Assembly: GCA_963803435.1 (NCBI GenBank)
Contig: CAWDML010000001.1
Coordinates: 1,792,001 to 1,856,000 of the forward strand
Reading direction: 5' to 3'
DNA: 64,000 nucleotides
DNA from: an uncultured delta proteobacterium
Lineage (GTDB): Bacteria; Myxococcota; Kuafuiibacteriia; Kuafuiibacteriales; Kuafuiibacteriaceae
Part shown: positions 53,912 through 61,142 of the stretch, one piece after another
Position numbering within the stretch: the first letter of the stretch is position 1
How the letters are laid out: the number at the start of each line of letters is the position of its first letter
Position numbers and translations under genes: made by a program
The notes under the pieces: model-generated
The model's database searches: none
What the model was told of the DNA's origin: nothing
The model's input: only the letters and a program-made list of their open reading frames with translations

Positions 53912-54409
53912 TCACTCTGGACAGGCGGCGCCGCTCTCGATGAAGAGCGGCTGGTCGGTGAGACCTTGGCTGCACGCGAACTCGTAGGCGCGCGCATAAC
54001 CGGACGACGCGAGGAAGCGTGCGGGCATGGCCTTGTCGCGGAGCGTCTGGGAGGCGGCCACGTCGCCGCCGTCGGCGGCGTGCTCGAAGGCCCGGGCGAG
54101 CTCGTCCCACGCCCGCGCGCCGGTCAGCATGGCCTGAAAGCGCTGCGCGTCCGACGCGACCGGATCGGTCTCCAGGACGCCGAGCCTGCGGATCGCGCTC
54201 TCGACCTTGCGCACGCCGTCGCCGAGGGACCGAAACTCGGGGTCCGCGAGCGCATGCTCGACGGTGCCGATGCCGTCGGCGGCCTGCTGATCGAGGGCCG
54301 TCAACTCAGCTTGCACTTCGGGCGAGGCATCGGCCGCACAACCGGCGAAGGCCAAGGCCGCGCAGCACACGACGACCGGGTTTGCCAGGACCCGCCCCAC
54401 GGGCCTCAT
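53912..54409 (-). CDS. Hypothetical lipoprotein
   Basis: Lipobox FAGC; helical body. Confidence 0.55.
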   Translation of the reverse strand: MRPVGRVLANPVVVCCAALAFAGCAADASPEVQAELTALDQQAADGIGTVEHALADPEFRSLGDGVRKVESAIRRLGVLETDPVASDAQRFQAMLTGARAWDELARAFEHAADGGDVAASQTLRDKAMPARFLASSGYARAYEFACSQGLTDQPLFIESGAACPE

Positions 54410-54477
54410 CATCGCACAGGACGCGGCAAGTCGAGAGTTCTGTCTCCCCTTGACTGCTCTGATGAGCAGGGGTTGAA

Positions 54478-54502
54478 ATAGGGGACTGAATCGGTCCGTT
54501 TT
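54478..54502. promoter_or_regulatory. Rrf2/IscR-type palindromic operator
   Basis: ATAGGGGACTGAATCGGTCCGTTTT; core GGACTGA-A-TCGGTCC; same 25-bp layout as the IscR type-1 motif; abuts the ATG at 54503. Confidence 0.55.
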
Positions 54503-55942
54503 ATGGCTGTGACACTGCGTCATCACGGTTCAAGCGCCCGCGTACCGGGGGCCCACCTGCGGGCCATGGCTCGCCTCTATCTCCATGAAAAGACTGATGA
54601 AACCCGAGAGGGGCTCGCCAAGAAGCTTTCGGCGAGGTTGGCCCGCCACGGGATTGAATACCACGTCAAGACCATCCGCCGGCAGCTCCTCGGGCGGGTG
54701 GATTCGGTCCCGCCGGAGGTCGAGCACGCCCTCGAGACCCTGATGGGCGAGGTCCTCGGGCTGGAGCCCGACCAGCTTCGAGACGCCCTCGCCGAGCGCG
54801 GCGAGCTGGTGTCGTCCGACGACCGCACGGCGCCCTACATCGCGATCGAGCGAACGCGCGTGCTGATCGATCTCTGGCTCCACTTCAATCCCGGCCGGTC
54901 GAAGCGATCCCTCGCCAAGAAGATCGAGCGCGACCTCGCCGCCCACGGGACACCGCTCAGCTTCGACTCGATCGTCGGCAAGCTCACCGGCCGGGGAAAG
55001 GTCGTCCGGCGGGACGTTCACCAGCTGCTCCTCGACTACCTCGAGGTGCACGGCGTGCGCTCCGAAGCGGACGCGGGCTCGCACACGACCCGCTCCGAGG
55101 CCGTCAATCGCTCGCGCCGGGGGCGCCGCCTCGTCGACGCCGAGCGCTTCCGAACCCTCTGCCGGCTCTGGCAGCTGAACCGTCGCCAGGCGTCCAGCCG
55201 CCGGCTGGCCGCACTGCTCGAGGAGAAGCTGGAGGAGCGCGGGATCGAGATCGGGATCGATCAGCTGCAGCGCGCGATCGCCGGCAAGACGAAGCGCGTG
55301 CGTCAGGACGTCACCTGGCTGCTCGAGGAGCTGGTCGCCGAGACGTTGCCTGAGGGGACGCCGATCGAGTCCGAGCTCGCCTCGCCGAAGCTGACCGGGC
55401 TGCGCAATCAGGATCTGGCCTGGGTAAAGTGCGATCCGATCGCGGAGATGGCGAAGCAGTGGCTCGCCGAGCACCCCGGATCCAGCATGCGCCAGCTCGC
55501 CCAGTTGGTGGCGTCCTCGGTCAAGCGCATGGGTTACCGGACCAGCCACAACAGCATCCAGCCCATCCTGGGCGGCTGGAAGAAGAAGACGCGAGGCTTC
55601 GTGTATCGCGCCATGGCGAAGCAGCTCACCGGCGAACGCTCGCCGCGCGTCCCCGATGAGCACCTCCTGAGCCCCGTCCCTACGCCGCCTCCGCGCGAGC
55701 CGAGGACCGCGTCGACGTTCACGGCCTATCTCCGCGACGTCCGTCGCTACCTCCCGAACGCGCGCTCGCCGTACTTCGTGCAGCTCGCGGCCTTGCGCGC
55801 GGAGAAGATGTATGGCGTGTCCGCGGAGGAGGCCGTCCGCAGGATCCTTCGCGGTCGCCGGCAGGAACAACGGGCTCGGCCTCGAGGTTCGATCGAGGAG
55901 GAGCAGAACGCAGCGGGTGGGCTCCCCATCGCGGTGGGATGA
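54503..55942 (+). CDS. Hypothetical protein with four tandem HTH-like repeats
   Basis: Four ~70-aa units with ~100-aa spacing, consensus LW/YL....S.R.LA..L...L...G...S...I...L.G..K.V...V...L. Confidence 0.75.
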   Translation: MAVTLRHHGSSARVPGAHLRAMARLYLHEKTDETREGLAKKLSARLARHGIEYHVKTIRRQLLGRVDSVPPEVEHALETLMGEVLGLEPDQLRDALAERGELVSSDDRTAPYIAIERTRVLIDLWLHFNPGRSKRSLAKKIERDLAAHGTPLSFDSIVGKLTGRGKVVRRDVHQLLLDYLEVHGVRSEADAGSHTTRSEAVNRSRRGRRLVDAERFRTLCRLWQLNRRQASSRRLAALLEEKLEERGIEIGIDQLQRAIAGKTKRVRQDVTWLLEELVAETLPEGTPIESELASPKLTGLRNQDLAWVKCDPIAEMAKQWLAEHPGSSMRQLAQLVASSVKRMGYRTSHNSIQPILGGWKKKTRGFVYRAMAKQLTGERSPRVPDEHLLSPVPTPPPREPRTASTFTAYLRDVRRYLPNARSPYFVQLAALRAEKMYGVSAEEAVRRILRGRRQEQRARPRGSIEEEQNAAGGLPIAVG

Positions 55943-55945
55943 TCG

Positions 55946-56392
55946 ATGCTGCGGATCACGAAGTTGACCGACTACGCGATCGTCATCCTCACCCACTGCG
56001 CGGGTGAGGACGCCCGACAATACACGGCGCGCGATCTGGCCGATCGTTCCCGACTCCCGCGCCCGACGGTCGGCAAGGTCTTGAAGACGCTCGCCCGCGC
56101 CGGCCTGGTGGTGGCGAGCCGGGGCACCAAGGGCGGGTACAGCCTTGCGAAGCCGCCGAGTCAGATCTCGGTCGCCGAGATCATCGAAGCGATCGAGGGG
56201 CCGCTGGCGCTGACGGAGTGCAGCGTCGCTCAGCCGGGACAGTGCGAGATCGAGAGCTGCTGCCCCGTGCGTGCCAACTGGCAGCGGATCAGCGCGATCG
56301 TCCGGCGCGCGCTCGAGAGCGTTTCGCTCGAGGTGATGCGGCAACAACCGGAGCGCGCCAAAGAGACGCTGGTTCAGCTGTTGGGAAGGTGA
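55946..56392 (+). CDS. Rrf2-family regulator, SUF Fe-S assembly regulator type
   Basis: [33 protein letters not shown]...C....CCPVRANW. Confidence 0.92.
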   Translation: MLRITKLTDYAIVILTHCAGEDARQYTARDLADRSRLPRPTVGKVLKTLARAGLVVASRGTKGGYSLAKPPSQISVAEIIEAIEGPLALTECSVAQPGQCEIESCCPVRANWQRISAIVRRALESVSLEVMRQQPERAKETLVQLLGR

Positions 56393-56397
56393 GAGGG

Positions 56398-57852
56398 ATG
56401 AAGAGAACCATCAGACAACCGTTCGATGCCGATCGGTTCTTGGAGCAGCTCCTCGAGGGCGCTGCCAGCGAGCCCATCGATCTGGAAGAGCTCGCGACCG
56501 TGCTGCCGGCCGAGGTCGGTCCCGAGGAGCTCGATCGACTTCTGCTCTCGGTGGCGGCGCGCGCCCCGGTGAAGGCGCCCGAGCTGGATACCAGCCCGCC
56601 CGCGCCGGAGCCGGAGAGCGCCGAGGGCGACTCGATCACCCGCCTCTACCTGGAGGACGTCGGCTCGGTCGCGCTGCTCTCGGCCGAGGTCGAGGTCGAG
56701 GTCGCGCGCGCGCTGGAGAGCGGCCGCCTGCGGGCCTTCCGCGCGGCCCTGGCCACCCGGGCGGGACGCGCCCACGTGCTGGCGCTGGGACATCGGCTGG
56801 AGACCGGCGCGGCCCGGATCGACCGCATCACACAGAGCGCCGGCGAAGAGGACGACCAGCGCGCCGCCCGGCTGCACACCGCGATGGCTCACTTGGCCGA
56901 GATCAACGAGCCCGGGTCGGAGGATCTCGCCGATCGCTTCCTCGAGGAGCTCACGCGTGCCCGCTTCGCGCTCGAGCAGATGGAGCGGATCGCGGTCAAG
57001 GTGCAGGAGCAGATCCGCGCCCTGGAAGAGGCGACAGACAAGAAACGCGATCGGCTCGAGGAGGAGCTCGGGGCCCCGCAAGCCCGCTTGCAGGGCATCG
57101 CGGCCGAGATCAAGTCGGGCCTCGGCGAGGCCGCACGCGCCAAGCGCCGGCTGGTGGAGGCCAACCTGCGGCTGGTCGTATCGCTCGCGAAGTCGTATCG
57201 GGGACAGGGCCTGCCGTTCCTCGATCTGATCCAGGAGGGCAACGTCGGCCTCATGCGGGCCGTCGACAAGTTCGACTGGCGCCGCGGCTTCAAGTTCTCG
57301 ACCTACGCGACCTGGTGGATCAAGCAGGCCATCCACCGGCTGCTGTCCGATCACTCGCGGACGATCCGCGTGCCGTCGCACGTTCTCGACGCCCGCCGCA
57401 AGCTGGTGCGAGAGGCGGCCGCCGCCACGCAGGAGCTCGGGAGGGACGCCACGGACGAGGAGCTGGCCGCACGCGCCAACCTGCCGGTGGAGCGCGTCCG
57501 GACCATCATGGGCGCAACAGCACGGCCGGCACAGCTCGACGCGCCGCTCGGCGAGGAGAGCGGCGCGCACCTCATCGACATGATCGAGGACGAGTCGCCG
57601 GCCCCCGACGAGGTGGTGGAGCAAGGCTTCCTGGCGAAGGACGTGGAGCGCGTCCTGGCGACGCTGAGCCCCCGCGAGGCGCATGTCCTCCGGAAGCGCT
57701 TCGGCATCGGCGAGACGTCCGACGCGACGCTCGAAGAGATCGCCCAAGAGGTGGAGCTCACACGGGAGCGGATCCGACAGATCGAAGCCCACGCCCTGGA
57801 GCGCCTGCGCAAGCGAAATCGGGCCCGCCTGCTCGAGGGCTATCGTCCCTAG
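56398..57852 (+). CDS. RpoD-like sigma-70 factor (paralog)
   Basis: Region 1.2 [13 protein letters not shown]; [51 protein letters not shown]. Confidence 0.93.
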   Translation: MKRTIRQPFDADRFLEQLLEGAASEPIDLEELATVLPAEVGPEELDRLLLSVAARAPVKAPELDTSPPAPEPESAEGDSITRLYLEDVGSVALLSAEVEVEVARALESGRLRAFRAALATRAGRAHVLALGHRLETGAARIDRITQSAGEEDDQRAARLHTAMAHLAEINEPGSEDLADRFLEELTRARFALEQMERIAVKVQEQIRALEEATDKKRDRLEEELGAPQARLQGIAAEIKSGLGEAARAKRRLVEANLRLVVSLAKSYRGQGLPFLDLIQEGNVGLMRAVDKFDWRRGFKFSTYATWWIKQAIHRLLSDHSRTIRVPSHVLDARRKLVREAAAATQELGRDATDEELAARANLPVERVRTIMGATARPAQLDAPLGEESGAHLIDMIEDESPAPDEVVEQGFLAKDVERVLATLSPREAHVLRKRFGIGETSDATLEEIAQEVELTRERIRQIEAHALERLRKRNRARLLEGYRP

Positions 57853-57932
57853 GAGCGTGTAGCGCGTAAGCGCTCACGCGGTCCGGGTCCCGGTCCCGGT
57901 CCGGGTCCCGATCTGAAGATGGCTGCCTTGAG

Positions 57933-59082
57933 TCAGACGCTCGCGACGGTCGCGAGCTTCGATCGGGAGAGCTTGAGCAGGTTGAGGGTGAGGCAGACGA
58001 GCGTCTGCTCGGCTCGTACCTTGAAGAAGGAGCGTAGCGAGAACCGGCGGAATCCTCGTGCCGCTTTGATCTGTCCGAGCGCCGGTTCGACGGACGAGGT
58101 GTTGCTGATCAGGTGCCTGGTTGCTGCCCCCTTCGGCGACAATCACCTGAGCGTGCTCATCTACGACAACTTGGCATTGTAGGCCTGGAGGTACGCTCCC
58201 TCCTTCAACATGATCCTGCTGTCTGAGTCGGTGAAGTTCCTCTGAGCGTGGGGCCTCGGTGTGCCGTCCACATTTGCAGGAACGCGATGATGCGGCCATC
58301 CATCATTTCGTTCAGTTGGGTCTGGGGATGGTTCGAGCTGGTCAGCCTGCGCTCTTGCCTTCTCGGCTCGAGTTCTCGCTCGCTTCTGCTCCACCAGATC
58401 CACAAGAGCATCATCCGCTTTGCTCTGCTGCTCTTCGGCTTGCCTGCGCAATTTCTCCGCGCGAGCCCTGGCGGCATCCTGTTCCAGCGCAGCCTTCGCT
58501 TCTCGAATGCGGGCAAGGCGGGATTCACGGCGAGCGGGCTCCGCTGGGATGTCCTCTTCAGTCTCTCTCAACGCCCAGCCGCTCGTCTTCCTCTTGGTCG
58601 ATCGTGCGCGCTCGCTCCAGCAGTTCTTCGATCTCGAGAGACAGCCGCTTCTCCTCCTCGGCCATCCGCTCGTAGGTCATCGCCTTGTGCTTGCTCGCGT
58701 TCGCCTGCACCTTCGAGCCATCGAGTGCGACGTGTCCGAGCCGCACCAAACCTGCTTTCTGGCAAAGCTTCAGGACTTCGAGGAAGAGCGCTTTCAGTGC
58801 CTCCAGGTGGACGCGCCGAAACTCGTTGATCGTCGTGAAGTGGGGATGACTTTCTCCAGCCAGCACCCGGAATGGAATGTCTTCGTAGGTCGCCCGCGCG
58901 ATCCTCCGCGACGAATAGATGCCGGTGCAGTAGGCGTACAGAAGCAGCGCGATCATCATTCGAGGCGAGTACGGTCGCTCGCCTCGCGGGTCCTTGGACT
59001 GGATCGAGATCTCGATCGCGCTCAGCTCTACCTCATCAACGACGTCCAAGACGAAGTACGCGAGATGATTTTCTGGGAGCCA
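57933..59082 (-). pseudogene. IS1182-family transposase remnant including the DUF772 domain
   Basis: WLPENHLAYFVLDVV, LLYAYCTGIYSSRRIARA...FTTINEFRR, VALDGSKVQANAS; start missing, two frameshifts, internal deletion. Confidence 0.9.
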
Positions 59083-59136
59083 ACCTCCAAGAACTTCTGC
59101 TGGTCAAAGTGGACGAGCTACCGCAAGCTAGCTTGC

Positions 59137-59505
59137 ATGGTCACTTTCGATCACGAGAAGCTCGAGGTCTACCAGCTCGCCGTCGAGTATGCCGACATCG
59201 CTGAAGAGATCGCACAAGAACTGCAACCCGGTCACGCTCACGTCCGCGATCAGCTTCGGCGGGCATCCGATTCCATCGTGAACAACACCGCCGAGGGCGC
59301 CGGAGAGTTCAATCCACCTGAGAAGGCTCGCTTCTACCGGATGGCACTTCGCTCTGGCACCGAAAGCGCCGCCTCACTCCACACCTGCTTGAGGCGCCGA
59401 CTCCCCAACGAGCAGAAGGTCCAAGCCGCCAGAGCCAAGCTCAAGCGCGTTGTCGAGATGCTCACGCGCCTCATCAAGTCGATGAACGCACGCCGGGCTG
59501 CATGA
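59137..59505 (+). CDS. Four-helix-bundle protein (23S rRNA intervening-sequence protein family, Avd-like), intact, 122 aa
   Basis: FDHEKLEVYQLA, RDQLRRASDSIVNNTAEG, EKARFYRMALRSGTESAA, VEMLTRL. Confidence 0.9.
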   Translation: MVTFDHEKLEVYQLAVEYADIAEEIAQELQPGHAHVRDQLRRASDSIVNNTAEGAGEFNPPEKARFYRMALRSGTESAASLHTCLRRRLPNEQKVQAARAKLKRVVEMLTRLIKSMNARRAA

Positions 59506-59525
59506 TCGCCATCGGGACCGGGACC

Positions 59526-59549
59526 GGGTGCGCTGATTTGTCGCACCCC
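59526..59549. promoter_or_regulatory. Palindromic operator-like box, RegA/RegR-like, copy 2
   Basis: GGGTGCGCTGATTTGTCGCACCCC, 45 bp upstream of the ATG at 59595. Confidence 0.5.
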
Positions 59550-59594
59550 GTATCTGTTGGTTGTTGCTTGTCTTTCCGGGCACCATCCGCGGCG

Positions 59595-60062
59595 ATGAAC
59601 ACGAAGATCGTGGGGACCTTCGCAGGTCTGCTGCTCCTCGTTGGCTGTGGCGGTGGCGATCCCGCCGTCACTTCGGTCGCCTTCACGCCGAACACCATTC
59701 AGGCGGGGGACGAGGGCACGCTGACCGTCGAGGTCGAGAACTTCACGCTCCGCGAGCCCGGGCCCGAGCCGGGGGAGGCGCTCCATGCCGCCGAAGAAAC
59801 GGAAGCGGGCAAGTCGGGCGACTATCCGGACGGCGGCCACTTCCACGTCTACCTCGACTCGGTCGAGGAGAATCCGATCCCGCTCAACTGCCCGGACTAC
59901 TGCGAGCACCCCGGCTTCACGCCCACGAACAAGCTCCGGATCCCGGCCACCACCACCGCCGGCTCGCACACGATCATCGTGCGGCTGAACAACGACGACC
60001 ACACCTTCTTGAACCCGCCGATCCAGAACACCGCCATGATCACGGTGACCTCGACGATCTAG
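59595..60062 (+). CDS. Lipoprotein with His/Cys motifs (DUF4399/DUF6130-like)
   Basis: Lipobox LVGC; GHFHVYLD, CPDYCEH, GSHTIIVRLNNDDH. Confidence 0.7.
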   Translation: MNTKIVGTFAGLLLLVGCGGGDPAVTSVAFTPNTIQAGDEGTLTVEVENFTLREPGPEPGEALHAAEETEAGKSGDYPDGGHFHVYLDSVEENPIPLNCPDYCEHPGFTPTNKLRIPATTTAGSHTIIVRLNNDDHTFLNPPIQNTAMITVTSTI

Positions 60063-60084
60063 CCCTGCCCTACCGAACGGCGAG

Positions 60085-61068
60085 TCACAACCTCGGCAGC
60101 GTGGCTGTCGGCTCGCCGAGCTCTTCGCAGGTGGGGTCCGTGTCCGGCGCCTCCGGCGACTCCTCCCGGTGGAACCTGCGCACGCACTCGCCGAGGAGAG
60201 AGCGCGCGCGCTGTGCACCGCCGTGGGCCGCCACCAGCGCGGCCAACCGACGGTAGAGCTCGGCCGCGCTCGCGAAGCGGTCCGAGGGATCCTTCGCCAG
60301 CGCTCGATCGATCACCTCCCACAGCTCCGCCGGAAAGCTGGGAACGATCGAGGTGAGCCGGCGCGGCACGACGCGCAACACCGCCCTCATCTTGTCCGCG
60401 GGGCGGCGTCCGTCGAACAGCCGGCAGAGCGAGGCGGCCTCGTACAGCGTGGTACCCAGGGCGAAGATGTCCGTGCGCTGATCGATCGCCTTGCCCGTCA
60501 CCTGCTCCGGCGCCATGTAGCTCGGCTTGCCACGCACGATGCCGGCCGTGGTCAGATGCTGCTGCACCGAGGTGCGCGCCACGCCGAAGTCGGTCAGATA
60601 GACCCCGCCCCCCCGATCGAGCAGGACGTTGTGCGGCGAGACGTCGCGATGAACCATGCACAGGCGACGCCCGCCCATCGACGCGCGCGTGTGCGCATAA
60701 TGGAGCGCGCTCGCGACCTGCGCCCCCAGGTACGCAACCACCAGCGGAGCCAGCGGGCGACGTCCCGGCTGCATGAGATCGATCAGGTCCTTGAGGGACG
60801 GCCCGTGGACGAGCCGCATCGCCAGCCAGTGGATGGAACCATCCCGACCGAAGTCGACGGTGGGGACAATCGACTCGTGCTCGAGCGCGGACGCGGCGCG
60901 CGCTTCGTCGACGAACAGCAGCGCCTTCTCGGAGGTGAACTCTTCCCCGATGAGGACCTTGAGCGCATAGATCCGGTCATCGGTACCCTCGGCGGCCCAA
61001 ACCTGGCCCATCCCGCCCTCGCCGAGCCTATGCAGCAGTCGATAGGGCCCCACCTGGGTCGGAAGCAT
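60085..61068 (-). CDS. Hanks-type Ser/Thr protein kinase
   Basis: LGEGGMGQV, ALK, HRDVSPHN, DFG, GKPSYMAPE, DIFALG. Confidence 0.95.
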   Translation of the reverse strand: MLPTQVGPYRLLHRLGEGGMGQVWAAEGTDDRIYALKVLIGEEFTSEKALLFVDEARAASALEHESIVPTVDFGRDGSIHWLAMRLVHGPSLKDLIDLMQPGRRPLAPLVVAYLGAQVASALHYAHTRASMGGRRLCMVHRDVSPHNVLLDRGGGVYLTDFGVARTSVQQHLTTAGIVRGKPSYMAPEQVTGKAIDQRTDIFALGTTLYEAASLCRLFDGRRPADKMRAVLRVVPRRLTSIVPSFPAELWEVIDRALAKDPSDRFASAAELYRRLAALVAAHGGAQRARSLLGECVRRFHREESPEAPDTDPTCEELGEPTATLPRL

Positions 61069-61142
61069 TCGGACCGATCATAGAGGAGCGGAGCGCCGTC
61101 GCGAGGGACGCGCCGGGCCTCCCCGCTCGACCACCGGTCGCG

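Larger units (their letters stand above)
57849..59528. mobile_element. IS1182-derived composite element, copy 3 (right terminus missing)
   Basis: CTAG 57849-57852 plus terminal repeat; longest transposase remnant; intact four-helix-bundle gene; only a partial hexamer tract at the right end. Confidence 0.85.

Noticed and set aside
54446-54484. CTGATGA...GAAA resembling a hammerhead ribozyme core
   Set aside because: Stem II cannot form between CTGATGA and GAAA, and stem I and the NUH site do not fit. It is better read as a small hairpin in a promoter region.
58420-59136. 361-aa N-terminally extended 4HB protein in the ORF track
   Set aside because: The extension is the antisense of the transposase remnant; the family-typical start is the ATG at 59137.
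59137-59505. 23S rRNA intervening sequence context for the 4HB gene
   Set aside because: No rRNA sequence flanks any of the copies.
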